Assembly: GCA_964384485.1 (NCBI GenBank)
Contig: CAYLLE010000004.1
Location: forward strand, 7,379-71,378
From: an uncultured Spirochaetales bacterium
Lineage (GTDB): Bacteria > Spirochaetota > Spirochaetia > CAYLLE01
Reading direction: 5' to 3'
DNA length: 64,000 nt
The position numbers were made by a program, and so were the translations under genes. Each line of letters starts with the position of its first letter. Position 1 is the first letter of the stretch. Shown here piece after piece: positions 1-8,845 of this stretch. The notes under the pieces are model-generated. The model did no database searches, was not told the DNA's origin, and saw only the letters and a program-made list of their open reading frames with translations.

Positions 1-869
1 GGCTTTCTTTTCTCGTTCTTAACAGAGGCGGCAAGTTTAACCGGTGGAATACATTTTCTGCGCTAAAAAAAATTGGTGCTGATGAAATTATTTCAGTGGA
101 GGGTCCCGGCGCGCCGTATGATGTGGAACAGCTCTCGAAAGACTTTGATGATGTCCGGTTCCTTATCCTTCACGAAGCAACATCCCCCGGCGAAATGGTG
201 AATACCGGAATTAACGAATGCCGCGGTAAATTCGTGTACGTATTATGGAATGATATGTCCGTAGAATCGGTTCCGGAAGAAATTCTCAATCAATACCTGT
301 TTCTAAACACTCTATGTGTTCAGCCGGTCTTTATAAATCACATGAATGAACCGGTACCTTCCATGCAGGTTCCTGTATTTTATAAAAGACGCATCAAGAT
401 ATTGCACTTAACTCCGGAAAATGAACGTGCGAAAACGCTGTATCCGATGGATTATACCGGTATCTATAATAAGGAACGCTTCATCCTGATCGGAGGCTAC
501 GACCGAACCTTAAAAAACAGCTACTGGCAAAAAGCAGATTTTGGATTTAGAAGTTATATGTGGGGTGAAGAGATACTCGTGGATTCCCATTTACGGGTAA
601 AATTACAGAATGAACATCCGGGTGAAGATACTTCAGCTGACGAAGACTATAAACAGTTTTATTTGAAAAATCTTGCTGTCAATTTTTCCGGTGATGCCGG
701 ATATATACCGAAGGCACGTTTTTTTTCTTTTTTTGTGAAAACGGGTGGAGGAATAATCGATTCCTACCGTGAATTTAAAGCAGCACGGGACTGGGTAAAT
801 AAAAACTCCTTCAGGTTTAAAATGAATTCAAAAAGTGTAATCGATCTTTGGGAGGTTAGTAATATATGA
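1..869 (+). CDS. glycosyltransferase family 2-like protein (5' partial)
   Basis: The track ORF starts at GTG 96, but the same frame has no stop back to nt 3 (..VLNRGGKFNRWNTFSALKKIGADEIISVEG..), so the gene probably starts upstream of the window. The layout is GT-A-like (NTGINECRGKFVYVLWNDM where a DxD would sit; later YWQKADFGFR). The stop overlaps the next start (ATGA at 866-869). Confidence 0.45.
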   Translation, partial: LSFLVLNRGGKFNRWNTFSALKKIGADEIISVEGPGAPYDVEQLSKDFDDVRFLILHEATSPGEMVNTGINECRGKFVYVLWNDMSVESVPEEILNQYLFLNTLCVQPVFINHMNEPVPSMQVPVFYKRRIKILHLTPENERAKTLYPMDYTGIYNKERFILIGGYDRTLKNSYWQKADFGFRSYMWGEEILVDSHLRVKLQNEHPGEDTSADEDYKQFYLKNLAVNFSGDAGYIPKARFFSFFVKTGGGIIDSYREFKAARDWVNKNSFRFKMNSKSVIDLWEVSNI

Positions 870-1561
870 CTGGAATTTATCTTCAGGTACGGCTGGGATC
901 AAAAAGACTGCCGGAAAAGGCATTGCTGGATCTATCCGGAAAAAACGTAATAGAACATGCCATGGATTCTCTCAGGAGGGTTCCGGCGGATGTATATGCC
1001 CTTGTGACCGATGAAAACAGTTATCAAGCTCTGACAGAAATTGCCCAGCCTTACGGTTTCTCGGTTTTCGCGGGATCATCGGAGGATGTCCTGAAGAGGT
1101 ATCTCGATGCCGCCCGTTACTACGGAACGGATGTTTTAATAAGGGCAACAGGAGACAATCCCCTGGTTTCATGGGAGATGGCAATAAGGATCAGAGAAAT
1201 CTTCGATCAGAAGGGGTCAGATTTTTCCAGTTTTAAGGGTATGCCCTTGGGTACAGGTGTGGAAGTATTTAAGCTGGAAGCCTTAGAAAAGGCATTCGCG
1301 GAAACAAGTCCGGGCTACTACCGGGAGCATGTAAGTCCTTACATGTATGATAACCCGGATAAGTTCTTTATTTACCGTCCCGACGCGGAAGAACAATATG
1401 TTTTTCCTGAAGGAAGGGTCACCTTAGACACCGTGGATGATTACCTGTACATCTCCAAAATATATGAAGAACTCTACCGCGCGGAACCGATTTCACTTAT
1501 CAGCCTTGTGGAATGGCTGAAAAAAGAACAGGAAAATATTACGGTCCGTCATTCAGCATGA
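866..1561 (+). CDS. SpsF-type cytidylyltransferase (CMP-sugar / acylneuraminate cytidylyltransferase family)
   Basis: N-terminal VRLGSKRLPEKAL, then FAGSSEDVLKRY, IRATGDNPL and EHVSPYMY. This is the typical SpsF/CTP_transf_3 motif order. It is translationally coupled to both neighbours. Confidence 0.75.
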   Translation: MTGIYLQVRLGSKRLPEKALLDLSGKNVIEHAMDSLRRVPADVYALVTDENSYQALTEIAQPYGFSVFAGSSEDVLKRYLDAARYYGTDVLIRATGDNPLVSWEMAIRIREIFDQKGSDFSSFKGMPLGTGVEVFKLEALEKAFAETSPGYYREHVSPYMYDNPDKFFIYRPDAEEQYVFPEGRVTLDTVDDYLYISKIYEELYRAEPISLISLVEWLKKEQENITVRHSA

Positions 1562-3297
1562 AAACGCTCTTTGCTCCAAAAGCGGGAGAGGGGTACGGCA
1601 TCGGCCATCTGAGCAGGTGCCTGAGCCTTGCCGGTCAGTATCCGAGATCGGCAATTTTTCTTTCTGATGCAACCTACCGGTCTGTAAAAGACTTTCTGCG
1701 CAATAAGGCACCGGAAATTGAAGTGCTTACCGGCTTACCGGCAGGAATCGGGTTCGACTATATCTTTTTGGACCGTAAAGAATCATCATTCGAAGATTTA
1801 ACGTTTTTTTCAGATTACGGAACCGTTGCAGGCATTGACGAAAACGGTCCTCACCGCAGTTTGTTCCCGTACCTGATAGATATACTCCCGGGTCCCCGAA
1901 AAGAATGCACCGGTAATATTACGAATCCCCGTTACAGCTTTCCCGCAGAAATTCCAGATTTTAATCTTGAACGGAAACCGATTTTAATTACCTTTGGAGG
2001 GGAAGATCCCTACGGATTGACCGCTTTAGCGTACAGTCATCTCTTAAAATCGGAAACGCTCCAGCCCGCGGATATCTCTGTTATTCAAGGACCCCTCAGC
2101 AGGCCTGTGGAAGTGGAAGATGACACCGATCTGATTATTTCACCTCCTTCATTACCCGAAATTTTCAGAAACTTCGATACGGTAATTACTTCATACGGTC
2201 TAAGCGCGTATGAAGCGGCCTTTTCGGGCTGCGGGGTTATTCTCTGTAATCCTACCCCGTACCACGAGAAATTAGGCCGGCACGCCGGATTCATCACAAC
2301 CGGAAAATCACTGAGCGGACTTAAAAAGCTGAACAGCCTGCTGAAGGACCCGGGGAAAATCAGGGAAAGGACCCTTTCGGTCATAAAAAGCTTCACGGAG
2401 CCGGAATCGTCTATATGGCCGGTCCTAATGGGAACATTGAATACTTCCCCCAAAAATAACCGGTGTCCATCCTGCAGTGAAAAATGGAATAATTCGGTTT
2501 ATCGTGACACTGATAAAACATATTTTCACTGTTCTCAATGCGGGATGCTGTACCAGCTGTATTTTAAAAAAAGCACTGTCTCGTACTCCGATTCCTATTT
2601 CTTTGAAGCCTACCGGAAGCAGTATGGTAAAACATATTTAGAAGATTTTGATTCAATAAAGAGAAGGTCCAGAAAACGGCTCCGGAGAATTTCAGCTCTG
2701 CTGGATAAAAATGTTGAAGGAAGAACAGTCCTTGATATCGGCTGCGCCTACGGACCCTTTTTATCGGCCGCAGACGACGCCGGATTTTCGCCCTGGGGAC
2801 TGGATATTTCCTCCGGTGCTGTCTCATATGTACGGAATAATCTGGGTTTTCCCGCGGTACAGGCGGATTTCCTGGCCTTCGAACCAAGAGAACATGACCT
2901 TCCAGACCAGTATGACGCGGTTACTATGTGGTTCGTCCTTGAACATTTCGAGCCTCATGAATTTGTGCTCCGCAAAGTAAAATCCTTCCTGAGGCCTGGA
3001 GGTATTTTCGCTTTTTCTACGCCGAACAGCCGAGGTGTTTCCGGCATGTTCTCAAGACATCTGTTTCTTGAAAATAGTCCGGAAGACCATCATATAATCG
3101 CAGACCCCCGTTCAGTAAAACACATTCTCTACTCATTAGGGTTCAAAAAAATTAGAATCGTCATCACCGGACATCATCCGGAACGTTTTCCGGTTCTCGG
3201 GAGGAACAAATTAGGCAGAGCCGTCGCGGCGGCAGGAAGCAGATTATTCAGATTGGGAGATACCTTTGAGGTGTACGCCCGGAAAGGAACGGAGTGA
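1558..3297 (+). CDS. fusion protein: SpsG/PseG-like glycosyltransferase-28-type domain, then a Cys4 zinc ribbon, then a class I SAM-dependent methyltransferase
   Basis: The probable start is ATG 1558, overlapping the upstream TGA (ATGA); the track ORF begins at 1513. N-terminal GEGYGIGHLSRCLSLA is SpsG/PseG-like. CPSC-x21-CSQC is the zinc ribbon. VLDIGCAYGPF, AVTMWFVLEH and LRPGGIFAFSTPN are methyltransferase motifs I and post-I-III. Confidence 0.7.
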   Translation: MKTLFAPKAGEGYGIGHLSRCLSLAGQYPRSAIFLSDATYRSVKDFLRNKAPEIEVLTGLPAGIGFDYIFLDRKESSFEDLTFFSDYGTVAGIDENGPHRSLFPYLIDILPGPRKECTGNITNPRYSFPAEIPDFNLERKPILITFGGEDPYGLTALAYSHLLKSETLQPADISVIQGPLSRPVEVEDDTDLIISPPSLPEIFRNFDTVITSYGLSAYEAAFSGCGVILCNPTPYHEKLGRHAGFITTGKSLSGLKKLNSLLKDPGKIRERTLSVIKSFTEPESSIWPVLMGTLNTSPKNNRCPSCSEKWNNSVYRDTDKTYFHCSQCGMLYQLYFKKSTVSYSDSYFFEAYRKQYGKTYLEDFDSIKRRSRKRLRRISALLDKNVEGRTVLDIGCAYGPFLSAADDAGFSPWGLDISSGAVSYVRNNLGFPAVQADFLAFEPREHDLPDQYDAVTMWFVLEHFEPHEFVLRKVKSFLRPGGIFAFSTPNSRGVSGMFSRHLFLENSPEDHHIIADPRSVKHILYSLGFKKIRIVITGHHPERFPVLGRNKLGRAVAAAGSRLFRLGDTFEVYARKGTE

Positions 3298-3302
3298 GTT
3301 AG

Positions 3303-4841
3303 ATGAACCATAAATCCATATTCATATTAGGTGCCGGGGTTATGCAGATTCCGGCAATCCGGACGGCCAAAGAAAATGAATGGCGCTGTATAGTAGCTGA
3401 CCGCGACCAGGACGCACCGGGTGCCCTGCTGGCGGATAGATTTGAAAAAATTGACCTAAAAGATTATGAAGAAATCTATCAGCGAGCCAGGGAAATAAAG
3501 GACGGGGAAGGCCTTGATGGAATTTTTACCGCGGGAACAGATTTTTCGTACAGTGTGGCATATACCGCTGAAAAATTAGGTTTGCCGGGTATACCGGCAC
3601 AGACGGCCTTAGGCGCGTCAAATAAATCTGTGATGCGGGAACTATTCAGAAGAAACGGAATACCTTCCCCCCGTTTTACTACCGCGGATTCCGATGAGGA
3701 CGCCGAACCGGACATAAGGTTCCCGGTAGTCGTAAAACCGGTGGATAACATGGGCGCGCGAGGCGTAAAGATGGCGGAAAATAATTCCGAATTATCAGAA
3801 ACCCTTCCAAAAGCAATATCTTTTTCCAGAAGCGGTAAAGCTATCATAGAGGAATTCATCAAAGGAAATGAATACAGCCTTGACGCCGTAATTGACCGGG
3901 GAGAGATCACCGTTACCGGGTTTGCCGACCGGCATATCAGCTTCCGCCCTTATTTTGTGGAAATGGGACATACCATTCCCACAGCTGCACCATTGCCGGT
4001 CCGGAAAGCGGTAATTGATGTCTTTAAACGGGGAATTAAAGCTCTGGGCATCAATCACGGTGCCGCAAAGGGAGACATTTTTTACGGTCCGGAAGGCGCG
4101 GTCATCGGAGAAATTGCCGCCCGTCTCTCCGGCGGTTACATGTCGGGGTGGACATTCCCCCTTTCCAGCGGAATCAACCTGACGGAAGCGGCCATGCGAC
4201 TGGCCCTGGGAATGAAACCATCCGGCCTCAAGCCGATCCGAAACTGGATTTCAGCGGAACGGGCTTTTATCTCCATCCCGGGAAAAGTATCCGGAATCAG
4301 GGGCATAGAAGCTGCACATGCCGTAGAAGGGGTTGAGGAGGTGTTTATCAGAGTTAAGCAGGGTGATATTGTGAGTCTGCCGATTAACAATGTGGAAAAG
4401 TGCGGTAACATCATTTCAGCCCTCCCGGAAAGAACAAAGGCTGTTGACGCTGCCGAAAAGGCCGCCGCTCTTATCATCATCATTCTGGAAAAAAATAACG
4501 AAGAAACCCGCCGATTCCTGTTTTCTGAACCCGGACCCCCTTTTACAGCTTTTAATCTGGAAACAAAGGAATCAAAAGCTTTTTTAAATGATATGACCCG
4601 CCTGAGCCGGACAATGAAGCTGCTTAAAAAACATCAGATCCGTATTCCCTATCCCGCGGGATTCAATCCTGAGACACTTCTGGACTGGAATCACCGTTCC
4701 GCGGCTGAAACAATATCCCGGTATCAGGAAATCACAAGAAGACAAATCATTTTTTCTCCCAGCGCCCCCTCGTCTGAAGGAGCGTTTTTCTGGAAAATAC
4801 TCCTCCGGGGAGGAATACAGGGTCTAATCTATTGCTCCTAA
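3303..4841 (+). CDS. ATP-grasp domain protein (carboxylate-amine ligase type)
   Basis: ATP-grasp hallmarks are present: FPVVVKPVDNMGARGV, IIEEFIKGNEYSLDAV, GAAKGDIF. Confidence 0.7.
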   Translation: MNHKSIFILGAGVMQIPAIRTAKENEWRCIVADRDQDAPGALLADRFEKIDLKDYEEIYQRAREIKDGEGLDGIFTAGTDFSYSVAYTAEKLGLPGIPAQTALGASNKSVMRELFRRNGIPSPRFTTADSDEDAEPDIRFPVVVKPVDNMGARGVKMAENNSELSETLPKAISFSRSGKAIIEEFIKGNEYSLDAVIDRGEITVTGFADRHISFRPYFVEMGHTIPTAAPLPVRKAVIDVFKRGIKALGINHGAAKGDIFYGPEGAVIGEIAARLSGGYMSGWTFPLSSGINLTEAAMRLALGMKPSGLKPIRNWISAERAFISIPGKVSGIRGIEAAHAVEGVEEVFIRVKQGDIVSLPINNVEKCGNIISALPERTKAVDAAEKAAALIIIILEKNNEETRRFLFSEPGPPFTAFNLETKESKAFLNDMTRLSRTMKLLKKHQIRIPYPAGFNPETLLDWNHRSAAETISRYQEITRRQIIFSPSAPSSEGAFFWKILLRGGIQGLIYCS

Positions 4842-4885
4842 ACCTTCGAAAAAAATGGGACGATAATCAAAGTGAAGGGCTCAAT

Positions 4886-5923
4886 ATGACTGGTAACACA
4901 AAAAAATACCTGCTTTTTTTCCTGATGATTCTATTCGTCTCCGAAATCTGGGGAACGGAATATTCGGTTCAGAACCTCATAACCTCAACAGGGGCTGTCC
5001 TCCAGTGGGATTCATACCGGAAACACGGAATATTAAAAATAAAAGACAAACGAATTTCATTCATGGCTGATTCTCCCTTTTATATCAAGGATTCAGGAGA
5101 AACATTCATCTCCGATCCGCCCGTTATAAGGGAAGGGGCTGTACTGTTCACTGAATCAGCATACGACACTGTTGAGAATTATCTTTATACCGAACCAATA
5201 GAAAAGGGTAAATACCGGAGTATCGCGGCCATATTTATCGATCCGGGACATGGAGGTAAAGATCCTGGCGCCATAGGAAAGCATTCCATAAAAGGATCGG
5301 AGGCGGAGCTGAAAGAAAAAGACATTGCTCTAGCTGTTTCTCTTTCTCTCGGGAAACAGCTGAAGGAGAATTTTCCGGAAAAAAATATTGTCCTTTCCAG
5401 ATCTTCCGACATTTATCTGGAATTGGAAGAAAGGACAAATATGGCCAATGCCATTCCGTTAGACCGGGAAAAACAGGAATATATGCTCTACATTTCTGTC
5501 CATGTAAACAGTACATTCAAAAAAGACGCCAGGGGATTCGAAGCATGGTACCTTCCACCGGAGGTGCATCGGGATTTGCTGGATGAAGATAAAGTAATTG
5601 GAAATAAAAAAGAACTCATTCCGATCCTGAATCTGATGAAAGAAGAAGAATACTCCATGGAGAGTGTTATTCTGGGACAGTACATCCTGAACGGTCTCGA
5701 GACCCAGATAGGCGATATCAGTCCGAACCGCGGACTCAAACAGGAATCCTGGTACGTTGTCCGTCATGCTGAAATGCCGAGTGTACTCGTAGAAATAGGC
5801 TTTCTCTCACAGCGGGATGAGTTTCTTTTATTGGGCAACAAGGATTATCAGGAAAAAATTGCTCTCGGAATGTACCACGGGATTCTCGATTTTATCCGTT
5901 ATTTCGAGTCTCCTATACCATAA
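4886..5923 (+). CDS. N-acetylmuramoyl-L-alanine amidase (Amidase_3, AmiA/B/C type)
   Basis: IDPGHGGKDPGAIG, ISVHVNS and VLVEIGFLS are the zinc-ligand and family motifs. An N-terminal hydrophobic signal follows M at 4886; the track ORF starts at 4832. Confidence 0.8.
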   Translation: MTGNTKKYLLFFLMILFVSEIWGTEYSVQNLITSTGAVLQWDSYRKHGILKIKDKRISFMADSPFYIKDSGETFISDPPVIREGAVLFTESAYDTVENYLYTEPIEKGKYRSIAAIFIDPGHGGKDPGAIGKHSIKGSEAELKEKDIALAVSLSLGKQLKENFPEKNIVLSRSSDIYLELEERTNMANAIPLDREKQEYMLYISVHVNSTFKKDARGFEAWYLPPEVHRDLLDEDKVIGNKKELIPILNLMKEEEYSMESVILGQYILNGLETQIGDISPNRGLKQESWYVVRHAEMPSVLVEIGFLSQRDEFLLLGNKDYQEKIALGMYHGILDFIRYFESPIP

Positions 5924-5975
5924 TCCCTGTACGGGCTAGTTGACGAATGGTGGTTATTTATCTAATCTTCCCTCC

Positions 5976-6479
5976 ATGAACAAGATTTTGAAGAGTAAAC
6001 TCCTTCTCCCATCATTTCTGGGAATTATACTTATCCTTTCGATAATGCTGTATCTATTTATTCCTCCCGAACGAACCAGAAAAATTCTTTTCTTTCCGGA
6101 AACCATACAGGGCGGAATTTCCGGAGAAACCCGTCATCTCCCTAGATTTAATACAAATGAAAAATCTGTTGAAAATCTTCTATCGGAACTCCTGCTTGGA
6201 CCGGTAAATATTCAGCTGTCACCTATCTTCAGCATGGATACGGAAATAAATTCTATTTTATTGATTAAAAATGAAATCTTTATCGATTTCAATATGGCAG
6301 CGGTGCTCGGAACTACTAATTCCATCCTTTCTTTCACCGAAAAGATTGAATTGGTTAAAAAGAATTTATATTTCAACTTCAGAGGAATTGATGCCGTTAC
6401 CGTCACAATAGATGGACAGGTACCTTCGTTTCCGGTTTATCTGCCGCCTGGAGAAACAGGCACCAAAGATGTTAATTAA
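5976..6479 (+). CDS. GerMN-domain protein (membrane-anchored, amidase-associated)
   Basis: An N-terminal TM helix follows MNKILKSK. LLSELLLGP..FIDFN..VTVTIDGQ is GerMN-like. It sits directly after the amidase. The start is ambiguous (TTG 5940 or ATG 5976). Confidence 0.5.
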   Translation: MNKILKSKLLLPSFLGIILILSIMLYLFIPPERTRKILFFPETIQGGISGETRHLPRFNTNEKSVENLLSELLLGPVNIQLSPIFSMDTEINSILLIKNEIFIDFNMAAVLGTTNSILSFTEKIELVKKNLYFNFRGIDAVTVTIDGQVPSFPVYLPPGETGTKDVN

Positions 6480-6511
6480 TATTCAAAAAACACCTTATAA
6501 GAAAAAAATGT

Positions 6512-6539
6512 TTGACAAACAATACCACTTCTTTATAAT
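6512..6539 (+). promoter_or_regulatory. sigma70-type promoter of flaA (TTGACA-16 nt-TATAAT)
   Basis: There is an exact TTGACA at 6512-6517 and an exact TATAAT at 6534-6539 with a 16-nt spacer. An AGGAG Shine-Dalgarno sits at 6568-6572, 5 nt before ATG 6578. Confidence 0.65.
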
Positions 6540-6577
6540 TCTAGATATAAAAATCGCGTTTCGAAAAAGGAGCACAT

Positions 6578-7594
6578 ATGAAACGGTACCTAATACTTAT
6601 TGGCCTTGCCATTCTCTGTGTTAGCGGTATTGGCTTTGCGGTTGAAGAGGTATTAATTGACTTCTCAACATTGGAAGCTGATTATCCCCAGGATAACCCC
6701 GTTGATGATTCAGAAACCATTTTGGATTTTTCAACGGTAGCCGGATCCCGGTTCACGGAAGAAGACAAAAACGCCATGAAAACTTCTCTTGCTATTGCTA
6801 ATTGGGAAGTTAATCTTGCATCTTCATCGGGTTCCATTGAAAACATGTCTAATTCAATGGTCCGTTCCGCGCCGGTAAAGGAAGATGCCAGCAGATTTGC
6901 CGGAGAGACTGTTCTCGGAGTACGGGTACATTTTCCTACCGAACCTTTTAACTCCTGGGCGCTTATCCAGCCTCCCTTTGAAATTCCCGCTTACATGGAC
7001 AAGCAGGAACTCCAGGGAGACGGCACCTTAGTCACACCTCAAGAAGAGCAGGGAAGAGGCCGGAAATTCGATAATTTCGGCGTTATAAAAAACATTGGTG
7101 TAGTCAAAAAAATCGACGTAAATGTCTACGGACTTAATTTCCCCTACGGATTCAGCATTATTCTCCAGGATTCTAATAATCAGGAACAGGAAATTTACTT
7201 TGGTGATATGCAGTTCGACGGATGGAATACTTTGACGTGGGAAAACCCAAATTACATCACCGACGTACGCCAGCGGGCTCTCAGAATGTACCCAATTTAT
7301 CCTAAATCTTCTCCCATGAGAAAACTCGTCGGAATCAGGATTTACAGGGACGCCATGCACGAAGGCGGCGATTTTATCGCGTATGTCAAAGACATAAACA
7401 TTACCTACGACCAGGCTATACTTCCGGGTGAATCCGATATCGACCATGAAAACCTCTGGCAGATACTTACCGCTCGCGAGCAGGCAAGGCGGAAAGCTGA
7501 GCTGGAAAGACTTGGTCAGATCCAGGTGCTTAGAACTCTTGAACAGAAGAAAATGCACCAGGAAACTGAAGAAACAACCGAAGATACCGAATAA
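6578..7594 (+). CDS. flaA: flagellar filament outer layer (sheath) protein FlaA
   Basis: A signal peptide is followed by VLIDFSTL, SLAIANWEVNL, FAGETVLGVRVHFP, FEIPAY, GVIKNIGVVKKIDVNVYG, W.NPNYI.DVR, RMYPIYP and GGDFIAYVKDI.I.YD. These are colinear with spirochete FlaA as I recall it (e.g. Treponema pallidum FlaA). Confidence 0.9.
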   Translation: MKRYLILIGLAILCVSGIGFAVEEVLIDFSTLEADYPQDNPVDDSETILDFSTVAGSRFTEEDKNAMKTSLAIANWEVNLASSSGSIENMSNSMVRSAPVKEDASRFAGETVLGVRVHFPTEPFNSWALIQPPFEIPAYMDKQELQGDGTLVTPQEEQGRGRKFDNFGVIKNIGVVKKIDVNVYGLNFPYGFSIILQDSNNQEQEIYFGDMQFDGWNTLTWENPNYITDVRQRALRMYPIYPKSSPMRKLVGIRIYRDAMHEGGDFIAYVKDINITYDQAILPGESDIDHENLWQILTAREQARRKAELERLGQIQVLRTLEQKKMHQETEETTEDTE

Positions 7595-7621
7595 CATTCC
7601 ATATAAAAAGTTTCTTGATAC

Positions 7622-7660
7622 AACAAAGGACTGCCTTACCGGGCAGTCCTTTGTTATTAC
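7622..7660 (+). terminator. rho-independent terminator after flaA
   Basis: A perfect 14-bp stem pairs AACAAAGGACTGCC (7622-7635) with GGCAGTCCTTTGTT (7642-7655), with a 6-nt loop and T-rich 3' side. It lies 28 nt after the flaA stop. Confidence 0.7.
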
Positions 7661-7816
7661 GTGAACATATCGTGAGCACTCCCAGCGTATTGCCCTCACA
7701 TTACACCCGGAGTTCGTTTATCCAGACCGGACAGATACCGAGTTTAGATTAAGAAAGAGAATAGATTGAAATCCTGGTGGAAGGTATCGCAGTATTTTAT
7801 TCAGATCACATAAAAA

Positions 7817-7945
7817 CAGTAAATCCCGGTCAACTCCCTGGGTGTTTAAGAAGCGGCCATAACTTTATATAATATATAAAATTAGAACGGGTTGACCGGG
7901 AATTGCCGCAATTTTTTCGCGGAAAAACGGCAATTTCCGGTGATC
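7817..7945. repeat. REP-like element, three copies of an ~18-nt unit (site A)
   Basis: The units are CAGTAAATCCCGGTCAAC (7817-7834, +), GTTGACCGGGAATTGCCG (7891-7908, inverted) and CGGCAATTTCCGGTGATC (7928-7945, +). Units 1 and 2 form an inverted pair around an AT-rich 56-nt spacer. Units 2 and 3 form a ~13-bp hairpin. Positions 7924-7945 are the exact reverse complement of 27263-27284. Confidence 0.8.
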
Positions 7946-7959
7946 CCGTTTTATGTAAT

Positions 7960-8844
7960 TTATTTCCCGATGTACTCGGTGTGGAGAACTATTCCGGCCT
8001 TCGCGTTAAACAGATATGTATCGGTTCCTGACACTCCTAAAAGGGCGTTTCTGCCGAACGTAAACACACTGCTTTCCAAATCCAGTACGATATCCATAAC
8101 CCTCGAGGGGTGAACCGTTACTTGTGTTCCCACAATTACCGAACCAAGAGAATGACGGACGGTAGACAATGTTGTATCCAGGGGAATAAAAGATTTGGTC
8201 CTGTCCTGATAGGCAAAACTCAACAGAATTGTAAAAGGTACATTCTTCTCATGAATATCCGTGTTGAATGAATACTCTTTAAAGTCGTCTACTATCCGGT
8301 GGGTGTCATCCATCGTGGTATACCGCTTATTCACCGCTTTGAGAGAGCATATGGCATTCTTGACGTAAAAACCGCCGGTAATTACATTCCGTTCCTGACT
8401 GTAATCACCGGTATCGATGATATTCCCTCCGATGGTATTTTCCGATAAAACCGAAAAGAACAGAACACCTGTCCATTCAACCCGTACAAATGTGGATATT
8501 CCCGATTTCAGCAGCGAAGATTTGGAATTGAAAAGTCCCAGGAAAGGACCAACGCCCAAAGTAAAAAATCTGTTCTGATAGCTGACTCTTGAATAGGCAA
8601 GATTACGCAGAACCGGATCAGCAGTGAATCCTGCCTCCAATTCAAGCTGAGAACCCACCTGATCCGCTCCCCAAACGGTGAATCCCCAGGGAAACTTCTT
8701 ACCGGTAAAGGTTGTTTCGGTAATTGCCCGGGTATTTTTATAATCAAGATTCCCCATGTTATATGAAAAGGACAGATCCAGTCCGGAAACAGAAGAAATG
8801 GCGATGAAAAATAATATGGCCGGAACGATTAATTTTCTTATCAT
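7960..8844 (-). CDS. hypothetical secreted protein, possible outer-membrane beta-barrel
   Basis: It has an N-terminal signal peptide (MIRKLIVPAILFFIAISSVSG) and alternating amphipathic Gly/aromatic-rich stretches. No enzyme motif is recognised. Confidence 0.4.
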   Translation of the reverse strand: MIRKLIVPAILFFIAISSVSGLDLSFSYNMGNLDYKNTRAITETTFTGKKFPWGFTVWGADQVGSQLELEAGFTADPVLRNLAYSRVSYQNRFFTLGVGPFLGLFNSKSSLLKSGISTFVRVEWTGVLFFSVLSENTIGGNIIDTGDYSQERNVITGGFYVKNAICSLKAVNKRYTTMDDTHRIVDDFKEYSFNTDIHEKNVPFTILLSFAYQDRTKSFIPLDTTLSTVRHSLGSVIVGTQVTVHPSRVMDIVLDLESSVFTFGRNALLGVSGTDTYLFNAKAGIVLHTEYIGK

Positions 8845-8845
8845 T

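Noticed and set aside
7028-7699. A 223-aa minus-strand ORF overlaps the 3' half of flaA.
   Set aside because: It is entirely antisense to a strongly supported flaA gene. It has no recognisable motif and runs through the flaA terminator hairpin, so it is most likely a spurious shadow ORF.
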